Shown one piece after another: positions 49,532 through 58,685 of a stretch of 64,000 nucleotides of DNA. The notes beneath the pieces were generated by a model. That model was not told the origin of the DNA. It saw nothing but the letters and a program-made list of their open reading frames with translations, and did not search any database. Positions within the stretch are counted from its first letter, which is position 1. Every line of letters starts with the position of its first letter. This DNA comes from an archaeon (lineage in GTDB: Archaea; Micrarchaeota; Micrarchaeia; Anstonellales; Bilamarchaeaceae): contig JAGVNI010000007.1 of assembly GCA_020053355.1 (NCBI GenBank), positions 70,838 through 134,837 on the forward strand. The letters run 5' to 3'. The position numbers and the translations under genes are program-made.

Positions 49532-50617
49532 ATGGTGAACGTTATGGGAATTCTCTTAGCCCCGGGCCCGGTTCCGGTTTTGAAGGAAATATCAGAAGCG
49601 CAGTGCAAGGAGATGATAACGCACCGGAGCGGGGATTTCACGAAGCTCTACGGCGACATCGTCACGCGCCTGAAAGCATATTTCGGTGCCGAGGAGGCGT
49701 ACGTCATCACCGGTTCGGGCGCGCTCGGCCTCGAGACGCTCATCCTCAATCTCTGCGAGAAAAACGACCGCGTCCTCTGCCTGCCGAACGGCGAATTCGG
49801 CGACCACCAGGCGACCACCGTCAAGGTGTATGCCGATGCGACTGTCGAGCGCCTTGAGGACGGGAAAGGCTGGAACCTCGAGCGCGCGAAGCCGCATATC
49901 GATGCGAGCAGGGCCAAAGTGCTTGCGATGGTGTACAACGAGACATCGATGGGTGTCCGGAACGACATAAAAGAGATTTGCCATTACGCGAAATCCAAAG
50001 GCATGCTCACGATAATAGACGGCATCTCGGCATGGCCGGGCACCGAGTTCAACATGGAGGAATATTCCGTGGATGCCTTCGTGACCGGAAGCCAGAAGGG
50101 CATCGCAGCCCCGCCAGGAATGGCGCTCGTCGGGCTTTCAAAAGAGGCCGTCGGCATCTTCACGAAGCGCACGTTCATCCCGAGCTATTATTGCGACCTC
50201 CGCAGGCACAAGAAGCGCTACGAGCAGGACCAGCAGACGCCGAACACGCCTGCGGTCACCCTGTTCTGGGCCCTGCAGAAGGCTTTCGACGTGATGGACG
50301 GCAAAGGCGGCCTTCCGGCAGCGGTCAAGCGCCACAAGGAGGCATCCCTGCATGTGCAGGCGCGCCTGAAGACGATGGGGTTCCCGCTTACGGCCGAGGC
50401 CGGGTTCGAGTCGAATACCGTGACCGGTTTCGTCTGCAAGGATGCCGAGGGGGCCAAGGGCATAAAGGCGAAACTGGCATCAGACTACCAGATAAAGATT
50501 GTCGGCGCGCGCGGCAAGTTCAAGGACAACGGCCTCAGAATCGCGCACATGGGCAACTTCGAGATGAAGGACCTGGACGCCTGCCTGGACGGGATAGAGA
50601 AGATTATCCGGGGCTGA
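49532..50617 (+). CDS. Class V aminotransferase (SPT/AGT or PSAT-like), PLP-dependent
   Basis: The TGSQK lysine motif and the overall class V layout. Confidence 0.8.
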   Translation: MVNVMGILLAPGPVPVLKEISEAQCKEMITHRSGDFTKLYGDIVTRLKAYFGAEEAYVITGSGALGLETLILNLCEKNDRVLCLPNGEFGDHQATTVKVYADATVERLEDGKGWNLERAKPHIDASRAKVLAMVYNETSMGVRNDIKEICHYAKSKGMLTIIDGISAWPGTEFNMEEYSVDAFVTGSQKGIAAPPGMALVGLSKEAVGIFTKRTFIPSYYCDLRRHKKRYEQDQQTPNTPAVTLFWALQKAFDVMDGKGGLPAAVKRHKEASLHVQARLKTMGFPLTAEAGFESNTVTGFVCKDAEGAKGIKAKLASDYQIKIVGARGKFKDNGLRIAHMGNFEMKDLDACLDGIEKIIRG

Positions 50618-50704
50618 GCAACGTTTTTCGCCCCCGGGGGCAATCCCGCCGTCGTGCGGGAAAATCATTAAATAGGTTGGCTGAAAAAGGATTGACGGAT
50701 TGCC

Positions 50705-51925
50705 ATGGACTCGGTCACGGCTAATATCAACAAGCTAGTCTCCCTCACGTTCGACGAGAGGCCGGATATCCGCAAGCAGGCGGCAAAGTCACTCGGCGAG
50801 ATAAACGACCCCGGGGCGGTGTTCGCTCTCGTGCAGCTCAGCTTCGACAAGGACGCATCGGTCCGCGAAATCGCGCAGAAGTACCTGGACAAGAAGAAGC
50901 AGACCGAGCCGGAACTGATGTCGTTTGCTACAATCTTCTCCAGTCCTGAGAAGAAAGATGAGACGGAAGAGGCTTCGGCGGACGCCAAGGAGAAGATGCT
51001 CCGCCCGATAACCCAGATATTCGAGAAGCGCCTCGGGAAGGAAAGGGCTGAACTGGCAAAGACGAAGATGATGCCGACCATAGATAAAATTTACCTCAAG
51101 GCGCATGAGCAGCACGGCATCAAGACGAAGAGGTATGAGGAGAGCGGCCGCAAGGTCATGCAGGAATTCCTCACCAACTACCTGGAAGTGATGTCTGATT
51201 TGGACCGCATAGGGGACGGCCCGAACCTGCCTTTCGTGCCTGCGGCCCCGCCGGAAAAAGAGCCCGAGCCAATCATCCCGCAGCCAGTGCAACCCGGGCA
51301 AGCACACAATGTTGCGCGTGCTTCAACCCCGGAACCCCTGCTGGCGAACGAGCTCGAGGAAGTGGGAAGGAGCGAGGAGCCCCCGGACAAGCTGTCTTCA
51401 CAGGCAGCGTCATTGGAAGTGCAGGAAATCGAGGAATTCAAGGAGCACGAGGAAATCGAGCACCTTCCCGACACGTTCTTCAAAAAAGCATACGAGACGA
51501 TGATGCTCTCCGAAGGAGACGAGGACATCATGAAGCAGGAAATGAACCGCATGATAGAGGATGCCAGGCGCGAAATCGGCCTCGCATTCCGCATGGCCAA
51601 GAAACGCTTCAAGGAGATGAACATCACCAACATCACCAAAATCAAGGACGGCATGCGCAACATAAATACCGAGCTTCTTACAGCAAAAACCGTAGAGAAC
51701 ATGGAATACCAGAAAACCAAGAAGGCGAAGGCGACCGCCACCCGCGTCCTCGTGAACGACGAGACCGGCAACGAGGGCATCATCTACCTTTTCGACAACC
51801 GGGGCGCCCTCCTGCAGCCCGGGATGCGCATCAAGATTGTCGGCGGCCTGGCGAAGACATTCGAGTTCTCCGGTGAGACCGGCCTCACGCTGGGGAAGAA
51901 AGGGAACGTTTATATCGTTTTGTGA
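50705..51925 (+). CDS. HEAT/PBS-lyase repeat protein with an acidic linker and a C-terminal beta domain
   Basis: The N-terminus is PDIRKQAAKSLGEINDPGAVFALVQL..DASVREIA. 406 aa. Confidence 0.5.
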   Translation: MDSVTANINKLVSLTFDERPDIRKQAAKSLGEINDPGAVFALVQLSFDKDASVREIAQKYLDKKKQTEPELMSFATIFSSPEKKDETEEASADAKEKMLRPITQIFEKRLGKERAELAKTKMMPTIDKIYLKAHEQHGIKTKRYEESGRKVMQEFLTNYLEVMSDLDRIGDGPNLPFVPAAPPEKEPEPIIPQPVQPGQAHNVARASTPEPLLANELEEVGRSEEPPDKLSSQAASLEVQEIEEFKEHEEIEHLPDTFFKKAYETMMLSEGDEDIMKQEMNRMIEDARREIGLAFRMAKKRFKEMNITNITKIKDGMRNINTELLTAKTVENMEYQKTKKAKATATRVLVNDETGNEGIIYLFDNRGALLQPGMRIKIVGGLAKTFEFSGETGLTLGKKGNVYIVL

Positions 51926-51961
51926 CCGTTATTATGTCCGCAAATTCTTTGGTGGAACTCA

Positions 51962-52144
51962 ATGGAACTCACTAAATACGAAATCGCAAGGTTAATCGGT
52001 GCACGGGCCCTCCAGCTTTCGATGGGCGCGCCGCCTCTCATAAAAACGGAGGATGCCCACATCTCTTTTATACAGATAGCGGAAATCGAGCTGGAAAAAG
52101 GGATAATCCCCCTCTCGGTAGTGCACAACGGCACCGCAATCTAA
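51962..52144 (+). CDS. rpoK: DNA-directed RNA polymerase subunit K (Rpo6/RPB6 homologue)
   Basis: MELTKYEIARLIGARALQLSMGAPP is the RpoK signature. Confidence 0.8.
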   Translation: MELTKYEIARLIGARALQLSMGAPPLIKTEDAHISFIQIAEIELEKGIIPLSVVHNGTAI

Positions 52145-52749
52145 TCTTCGGCCAGGACGACCTCGTAGCCTTCGCCAAGCACCCGCAGAAGCACCCTTTT
52201 TTCGTCATCGACCCAGTCGTATTCCACGGCCCCGGTTTCGGACTTTATCTCCACGATATAGCTCTGGCGCCCGCTGTAGTTCTCCATCCGAATCACCCGG
52301 TAGTAGTTGTCCGTGATATATTCGGACGAGCCGTTGAAGGCGAGGTACATCGTATTGTTCCATGTCCATCCTTCTTTCAGCGCCAGCATCCACGGCTTGA
52401 AAAGAAGGATGTTGGGGTTGCTGAAGCTCACATTAGAGCCGTTCTCGTCCACGCCCCACCGGTCCAGGCAGACATCCGTGCCGTTCCGCTCCTCCGCGAC
52501 CCTGATTCTCGTGCAGCCCATCCCATCGAGGATGAGGAATGTCATATTGGCGGTCGTGTTGTTCATTATGTACGCGTACCGGTAAACCTCCCCGGGCTGG
52601 AGCGAGAACTCCTTGTTCTTCTGGAGCGGCGCCTCGCTGTAGGCTATTTTCGGGTTCTCGAAGAAGGACTTGAACATGGCGTTCCCGATTAGCACCATCA
52701 TGACCAGGGTTGCGACGGTCGCAACCGTCACGATGTCGAATTTGAGCAT
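52141..52749 (-). CDS. Membrane-anchored extracytoplasmic protein with many NxS/T sequons
   Basis: The N-terminal TM is IVTVATVATLVMMVLIG. Sequons include NTTANMT, NGT, NGSNVS, NNT, NGS and NYS. Confidence 0.5.
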   Translation of the reverse strand: MLKFDIVTVATVATLVMMVLIGNAMFKSFFENPKIAYSEAPLQKNKEFSLQPGEVYRYAYIMNNTTANMTFLILDGMGCTRIRVAEERNGTDVCLDRWGVDENGSNVSFSNPNILLFKPWMLALKEGWTWNNTMYLAFNGSSEYITDNYYRVIRMENYSGRQSYIVEIKSETGAVEYDWVDDEKRVLLRVLGEGYEVVLAED

Positions 52750-53265
52750 CTACTGCTGCCTCGCAATGTCGCCGTACTTCGCGTATGGCCTTCCTGTATC
52801 GCTTTTGAGGAGCTCGAAGACGACCTGGGACACCCTCATGCCGGCATGCAGTTTAATCGGGAATGGGGCGAGGTTGACTATTTCGAGCACTTGGCGGTTG
52901 TCGCTGCCCGGCTGCACGAGGGCGCTTGTCAGGTGGATGATGACGCCCATCCTCGCGTACCTGCTCCTGCCCTCCAGTTTCCCCATGACGTTTTTCGGGA
53001 GGGTGAGCTTCTCAAGCGTCTTGCCGAGGCACAATTCCCCCGGCTTCAATGTTATCTCCGCGGCCTTCTTCATCTCGTAGGCTTCCTCGAACCCGGTCTC
53101 CCGGAGGTCCACGATTTTCCGCGAATACTCGTCCTTGAAGAAAAACCACTCGTTGCCGAGGGTCAGGTCCACGCTCGCAGGCCCTATCTGGTCATCCTTA
53201 AGCGGCGTTATCTTCAGCGTCCCTTCTTTCAGCATTTTTTTTATGTCGTTGTCTGACAAAATCAT
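52750..53265 (-). CDS. dcd: dCTP deaminase (dUTPase superfamily)
   Basis: MILSDNDIKKMLKEG...GPASVDLTLG...GRSRYARMG. Confidence 0.85.
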   Translation of the reverse strand: MILSDNDIKKMLKEGTLKITPLKDDQIGPASVDLTLGNEWFFFKDEYSRKIVDLRETGFEEAYEMKKAAEITLKPGELCLGKTLEKLTLPKNVMGKLEGRSRYARMGVIIHLTSALVQPGSDNRQVLEIVNLAPFPIKLHAGMRVSQVVFELLKSDTGRPYAKYGDIARQQ

Positions 53266-53325
53266 AAGCGCACCAATCAGTTATCCGCCGCACACTTAAA
53301 ATATGTTTTCAGACGAGATTCCCTA

Positions 53326-54291
53326 ATGAGGGAGCGGATTGCGGCATTGGCGCGCGAGATTCGGGAGGGCTACGAAAGCCTGGGCCGCAAGGCCAAATCG
53401 GCCCGTGATGCCGACCCCTCGCTTGTGCTGGCTGTTCGCCGCGCCCCGGTCACGCTTTCCGCCTGCGCAGTGGATGGCGGCCTCCTTGCCGAGCGGATGC
53501 ACGGTGCGGATATCGTAGTGGCACGGGCTGTAGCTGCCCACTTCGTCTATGAAGGGTCAGCCCTCAAATCGTTCTCCTATACCCCATCGAAAAGCCCGCA
53601 GCCGGAAATCGAAATAAGGAACTCGCTCGAAGAGCACGAAGCGCTGATTTTCCGCTCGCTCATCCGCCTCAGGCACGAACTTTCCTGCGCACTCGTTGCG
53701 CTTCATTCCCGCAAACCGAATCTCCTCCTGCTCGACGGCTCGCTCCTCCCCCTTCCAGGGGACCGCCCCCAGGAAAGCAGCGAATTGCGTCCCCTCTACG
53801 ATGAGGTGGTTTCGCTTTACGGAAAACTGTACAAGGATTGCGCGGAAAACAATTGCATGCTCTGCGGCGTGGTGAAGGATTCGCGCTCGCGCAAACTGTC
53901 CCGTGAACTTGGCGCCTCCTGCTCGGACACCCTCCTTTGCGGATACCTCCTCGATGAGAATGAACGGACGCGGGAGATGGGATATTTCGAAGGCAAGGCC
54001 CCGAACGCGGACGTTGCGGCATTGGGCGCCCGCATACGGGTATTCTATCTCCGGCCCTCAAAAAACGACCTTCCTCTCCGCATAGAACTGCTCGATTCCG
54101 GCATCGACGAAGCGGCATCTGTCATCTGCAGCCTCTCGGCCATCAGCGAGAATTTCGCATATCCGGCGGTTCTGATAGAGGCGGATTTGTGCGCGGCGCT
54201 CGACCCGGCGGACCTTGAATCAATCGAGGCGTCGCTCGCGAATCTTTCCGGCCTGAAACCCCTTAGGAGGAATTCCCGGCCTTTCCGCTAG
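53326..54291 (+). CDS. NurA-like 5'-3' nuclease
   Basis: Two NurA-type acidic motifs, CAVDGGL and LLLLDGSLLP. Confidence 0.5.
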   Translation: MRERIAALAREIREGYESLGRKAKSARDADPSLVLAVRRAPVTLSACAVDGGLLAERMHGADIVVARAVAAHFVYEGSALKSFSYTPSKSPQPEIEIRNSLEEHEALIFRSLIRLRHELSCALVALHSRKPNLLLLDGSLLPLPGDRPQESSELRPLYDEVVSLYGKLYKDCAENNCMLCGVVKDSRSRKLSRELGASCSDTLLCGYLLDENERTREMGYFEGKAPNADVAALGARIRVFYLRPSKNDLPLRIELLDSGIDEAASVICSLSAISENFAYPAVLIEADLCAALDPADLESIEASLANLSGLKPLRRNSRPFR

Positions 54292-54296
54292 GCCAA

Positions 54297-55451
54297 TCAT
54301 TCCAAACCAATCCGGCCAAGCCGCGAAAGCAAACCGGAAATCTCAACCCTGCGGCCCTCGTAATAATTCCATTTCCCGTCATTGAACTGGTAAAGGTCGC
54401 TGTCGGTGATGATGAAAGCGAGGGCGTCATCCTGGAAGTCGCAGCTTGCATCGCCCCCCTCGCAGACGGAGAACTCGTTCCCAACCTTTCCCATGTAATG
54501 CCCGTCCTGCGGCTCGAACAATGCCGAGCCGGCCAGATTGGAGTTCGTGATGTCATCGGGCGTCTCTATCGTCCTGTTCGTGAGCATGATTACGCAGTGG
54601 CCGATTCTCATCTCCCCGCCCGTGTCATAGAAGTAGCAGACGGCATACGGGTTGCTGTCGCGGGTGTTCCCGACCCCAATCCCCCGCGTATCCGTAAAAT
54701 ACCAATACCTTCCGGAAGACGTGTCCTCATAAACGGTATAGTCGCCCGCCCCGCCCGTCCACGCCTCGATTTCGAGGTCCTCCTGCTTCATCCTATTCAG
54801 GAGCGCCTTGAAGAAGAGGGAATAATCCTCGCAGTCGCCCCCTTTCCTCGCGATGATTTCGTCGATTGAATACAGCCGGTCGCCTGTGGGGTCGTCCTTG
54901 TATGAGAAGCCCAATTCGTTCTCCATAAGGTATGTGACGCATGCGAGTTTCAGGACACCGTCATTTTCGCAGCTCTTTTCCACCTTGTTCATGAACCTGT
55001 CCGCCTTCAGCGTCGAAGGCAATGCGGAATTGTTCCGGAACCATTGTATGGACTCGTTAATCTGCCCGTCGATTGCAACCGCTTCTTCCCTGATGCGGGC
55101 GATGTCCTCGGTCGCTTCGCTCAGGGTGTTTTTCGTTTCTTCGAGTTCGGCCTCGCTTTCATTAAGCTGCTCGCTCAGGCCTTCGACCTCAATCGTCCTG
55201 TTCCCGAGTGCGAGGGTCAGGTTCTCAATCTCGTCCTGCTGCCGCTCGGCATCCCTGTTTTTTGCCCGGAGCTCGGCTTCAGTCATGCTTAGTTCGTTTT
55301 GGGCCGAACTGAGATTTGCTTCCACTCCGGCCAACTCAGTCTTGAGGTTCCTATTCTCGGCGGAACTCTGGAGGAAGAGGGCCAGGAATACGGCGGTGGT
55401 GATGGCGAATATTGCAATCAGTGCCACCAATACAATATCCCTTGCTTTCAC
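54297..55451 (-). CDS. Membrane-anchored coiled-coil protein with a transglutaminase-like core
   Basis: An N-terminal TM, about 120 aa of coiled coil, then a GGDCEDYSLFF Cys motif and a downstream IGHCVIM/D. Confidence 0.6.
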   Translation of the reverse strand: MKARDIVLVALIAIFAITTAVFLALFLQSSAENRNLKTELAGVEANLSSAQNELSMTEAELRAKNRDAERQQDEIENLTLALGNRTIEVEGLSEQLNESEAELEETKNTLSEATEDIARIREEAVAIDGQINESIQWFRNNSALPSTLKADRFMNKVEKSCENDGVLKLACVTYLMENELGFSYKDDPTGDRLYSIDEIIARKGGDCEDYSLFFKALLNRMKQEDLEIEAWTGGAGDYTVYEDTSSGRYWYFTDTRGIGVGNTRDSNPYAVCYFYDTGGEMRIGHCVIMLTNRTIETPDDITNSNLAGSALFEPQDGHYMGKVGNEFSVCEGGDASCDFQDDALAFIITDSDLYQFNDGKWNYYEGRRVEISGLLSRLGRIGLE

Positions 55452-55817
55452 AACCAGCCTCCTTTCCCTAGGCTTTTAATCCTTCTAATGCATAATTACT
55501 CCAGAGTGAGGGGCAGGCAGCCTACGTTTTTTCTTCTGAAAAAATGAGGAAGTTCCGCCCTCCGCGAGAGATACTGCCCTTTAAGGGGGCGGACACGGAA
55601 CAGAAACGATACCCAAAGTCCGCAAGGGCAAGGGATGCAACGCATCCTGAACTGCGCAAGCAGTTCGGGAGCTTTGGAACGAAGTTCCATTGATCGTGTC
55701 TTATCTCGATGACGGAGCAAGGCGCTTTGCGCCGCTCTCCTTAATCCGAAAGGATTTTGGGGCCTTTTGGCCGCGTAAGCGGACAAATTGCAGTCAAATG
55801 CTGCCGAAATACAGAAG

Positions 55818-55850
55818 GCGGACTATGCCCCTCACTTGAACTTTTTCTCC
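55818..55850 (+). repeat. 33-nt direct repeat, copy 1 (GCGGACTATGCCCCTCACTTGAACTTTTTCTCC)
   Basis: It repeats at 55968-56000 with 2 differences. It is part of a diverged tandem duplication of about 150-190 nt. Confidence 0.6.
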
Positions 55851-55967
55851 TTATCAACCCCTGTCAAAACTTCACTAAACATCCTGTCCGGTTTGACTCC
55901 GGCCTTTGTGAAACCTCAGGTGGGGGTCTGAAAGGGGACGCGCAAGTCAAACCGGAGAGCCCCTTTC

Positions 55968-56000
55968 GCGGACTATGCCCCTCACTTGAACTTTTCCTCC
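55968..56000 (+). repeat. 33-nt direct repeat, copy 2
   Basis: See copy 1. There are further shared blocks: AAAACTTCACTAAAC at 55866/56026, and CTGTCCG(G/A)TTTGACTCCGG at 55884/56072. Confidence 0.6.
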
Positions 56001-56093
56001 GGTCTGACACCGGATAAAACTTCACTAAACTTCAGCCGGTCTGACTCCGTACAGACGATTTTATCAATCGCCTGTCCGATTTGACTCCGGCTT

Positions 56094-56384
56094 TTGTGCA
56101 ATCTGGTGGCTCTCATGAAATCGATAACGGATTTGAAGGACTCGGACATCATCGAGATAAACGGCGAGAAATACCGGGTCCTTGCAAGCGGACCACCCAA
56201 TTCCCTATGGTACCATGAGGGCCGGAAGGATGTGGAATATGGGGTCGATTTGGTGAAGCTCGGGTCTGATGCGATAACCCCTACGCATCAACTGGGGTAT
56301 TTCTCAAAAAAGCCGGACGAATTCCGGGTTTATCGGCTAGGGAAAGAAGCGGTCCCTGAAAGCGTCGAGGCCGTCAAGTTTTGA
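56094..56384 (+). CDS. Small hypothetical protein (96 aa; the start may be MKSITDL at 56116)
   Basis: Complete ORF downstream of the repeat region. Confidence 0.4.
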   Translation: MCNLVALMKSITDLKDSDIIEINGEKYRVLASGPPNSLWYHEGRKDVEYGVDLVKLGSDAITPTHQLGYFSKKPDEFRVYRLGKEAVPESVEAVKF

Positions 56385-56400
56385 TCGTGCATCATGACGA

Positions 56401-58254
56401 ATGACGATGCGGGCCCCAAAACATATTAATAACCCCGCGACGTATTCCGATTTGATGTTCGAGATTCTTTTTTTGATAGGGCTTATAGCGCTGATCGGCT
56501 TCGCGGCCAGATGGGTTTTCGAGCGGACACGGGTGCCGGAAATCCTCATCCTCCTCGCCATCGGGTTCGCGCTCGGCCCGATGGGGCCGTTCTCCAGCTT
56601 CTCCGCATTCGACATCAACCTGCAGAGCTTCCGCGGCATAGCGCCCATAATAGGCGCGGTCGCAATAGTATCATTCGTTTTCGAAGCCGGCTTGCAGCTC
56701 AAGGTGGGGCGCATCCTCAAAAGCCTGTCCTTCTCCACAATGTTCGCGATTACCAGCCTCGTGCTCTGCATAGGCGTCCTCGCTGCCCTGCTGCATTTCG
56801 GATTCGGCTGGAACATCACCGCATCCCTCCTTCTCGCGACGATATTCGGGGGTCCCTCTTCCTTCGCAATCTATTCGATGCTCCCCCTCGTCCGCACGAG
56901 CAACCATTCGAGGGGCATCCTGTACCTGGAGGGCACGCTGTCGGCAATCCTGATAAGCGTCATAGCAATCACAATCCTGCGATACCCCGGCGTCGAGGCC
57001 GGGACGATGCCTCTCCTGCAGCTGGTCATCTCGTCGTTTTCAATCTCGTTCATACTGGGGCTCGCCGCCGGCCTTGCAATCCTCTGGCTGCTCTTCAGGT
57101 TCAGGATAAGGAAATTCGGCTACCTCCTCACTTTCTCCGCCCTGCTCATGCTGTTCTTCCTGGATTTCGAGCTGCTTGGGGGAATCGGGGTGATATCCAT
57201 CGCGCTAATCGGGCTGGTCATCGGGAACTCGGGCGACGTGTTCAAGTTGCTGGGCATCACCGGGCGTTTCGAGATGGACGAAGCGGCCAAGGGATTCCGT
57301 GACGAGATAAGCCTTTTCATCACCACGTTCTTCTTCGTCTACCTCGGCATGATGGCGAGGCCTGAGTTGCTGGCCGACCCCAGCTACATTCTCCTCGCGG
57401 TGACGATGATAGTCGCAATCCTTTTCTGCCGGTGCATCATACTGCTCATCGCGAACATGCTGAAGATATCCCAGCACAACGAAGACCTCCTGCTGGCGGT
57501 CATGATTCCCCGCGACATCCTGAGCGCGACCCTCGCCACATTCGTGCTGCTTTACCCCGGGCCCGCGAGCTTCAACATCGAAGTCGTGATAATCCCAATC
57601 GTCCTATCGTCCCTGGTCAGCGTGGCTGGGGCAGGGTATTACGAACGCCTGTTCCAGCATTCGTTCCTCTTCAAGCGCGAGCTGGATTTGAGCGACGGGC
57701 GAAAAATCGTCCTGCGCACAATCACGAGGGACGATTTCCCGAAGCTCCGGCAGTTCCTCAACGACCTGGTGAAAGAAAGCGCCCTGATAGCCTTCGACCG
57801 CTACGTCAACCCGATAGAGGAAAGCGAAATGGGCCGGGAGAGCCTGGACAAAATCAACCGCGGCGACATGTTGATGTGGGTCGGCGATTTCAATGGGCGC
57901 ATCATCGCGCGGGCGGTCGCGCAGAGGATGGAGAAGCGCGAGCGGGACAACGTTTGCCTGAGCCTTTATGTGGCCAGGGACTTCCGGGGGGTGCATCTCG
58001 GCACGACCCTGCTGCGCATGCTGATTGAGGAATCCCAGCGGGTCTTCAAGCCGCACAGCATCTACCTCTCCGTCTATTCGAACAACGAGGCCGCGGTGCA
58101 CCTGTACGAGAAGGAGAGCTTCCGCAAGGTCGGCGTGCTTCCGGAATGGGGCAAGTACGAAGACACATACCTGGACGAAATTTACATGGTATACGACCCG
58201 AAAGGGGCGCCGGCCGGGGGGCCGAAGCGGAAAAAGAAAAAGGGCGCTTCATGA
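56401..58254 (+). CDS. Na+/H+ exchanger-family antiporter fused to a C-terminal GNAT acetyltransferase domain
   Basis: A polytopic domain of about 420 aa, then an uninterrupted reading frame into a GNAT fold (VAQRMEKRERDNVCLSLYVARDFRGVHLGTTLLRMLIEE...AAVHLYEKESFRKVG). Confidence 0.75.
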   Translation: MTMRAPKHINNPATYSDLMFEILFLIGLIALIGFAARWVFERTRVPEILILLAIGFALGPMGPFSSFSAFDINLQSFRGIAPIIGAVAIVSFVFEAGLQLKVGRILKSLSFSTMFAITSLVLCIGVLAALLHFGFGWNITASLLLATIFGGPSSFAIYSMLPLVRTSNHSRGILYLEGTLSAILISVIAITILRYPGVEAGTMPLLQLVISSFSISFILGLAAGLAILWLLFRFRIRKFGYLLTFSALLMLFFLDFELLGGIGVISIALIGLVIGNSGDVFKLLGITGRFEMDEAAKGFRDEISLFITTFFFVYLGMMARPELLADPSYILLAVTMIVAILFCRCIILLIANMLKISQHNEDLLLAVMIPRDILSATLATFVLLYPGPASFNIEVVIIPIVLSSLVSVAGAGYYERLFQHSFLFKRELDLSDGRKIVLRTITRDDFPKLRQFLNDLVKESALIAFDRYVNPIEESEMGRESLDKINRGDMLMWVGDFNGRIIARAVAQRMEKRERDNVCLSLYVARDFRGVHLGTTLLRMLIEESQRVFKPHSIYLSVYSNNEAAVHLYEKESFRKVGVLPEWGKYEDTYLDEIYMVYDPKGAPAGGPKRKKKKGAS

Positions 58255-58277
58255 AAGGGCGCCATGCCCTTGCGCGC

Positions 58278-58685
58278 CTAACCGTTCCTTGACGCTGATA
58301 ATCCGCCTATGGCACCAAGGACGAAACCGGTTGCAATCCAGAATACGCTTCCATGCGCCGCCCCGACCACCATACTTCCGGCCGCCTCGGCTATCGACGG
58401 GGCATAATCGGTCGGAAGGCTTGTGATGATAATCCAGCGGGCGGCGCTCCCCGCGGTTGCGCAAACGAGCCCGAGCAGCGCGCCGATGATGCCACTTGTT
58501 GCCGCGCCATGCCCGGTTTTCCCGGCCAGATAATATCCTGCAATGAGGATGAACAGGCCCTCCAGCACGAATGCGGCAATTCCGAGAATCCCGATTTGCG
58601 CCGAAACCAGCTCCCCGGATGCCGCCAGGGCGACCATGAGGGCGGCAGGTATTGCCGAGCTCCGGATTATCCCCGCCGCGTCCAT
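58278..58685 (-). CDS. Small Gly/Ala-rich membrane protein (135 aa)
   Basis: It starts 1 nt after the srp54 stop. It has about 4 hydrophobic helices. Confidence 0.45.
   Translation of the reverse strand: MDAAGIIRSSAIPAALMVALAASGELVSAQIGILGIAAFVLEGLFILIAGYYLAGKTGHGAATSGIIGALLGLVCATAGSAARWIIITSLPTDYAPSIAEAAGSMVVGAAHGSVFWIATGFVLGAIGGLSASRNG

Noticed and set aside
55540-55700. Possible RNase P RNA: GAGGAAGTTCCGCCCTCC and ACAGAAACGATACCC resemble the CR-I and CR-IV blocks.
   Set aside because: The universally conserved nucleotides differ (GTTCCGCCC against GUCCGGGC). The supposed P4 strands pair locally in the wrong order. I keep it only as part of the structured-region finding.
55818-56000. Possible CRISPR array made from the 33-nt repeats.
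   Set aside because: There are only two copies with a 117-nt spacer. They sit inside a larger diverged tandem duplication, and there are no cas genes.
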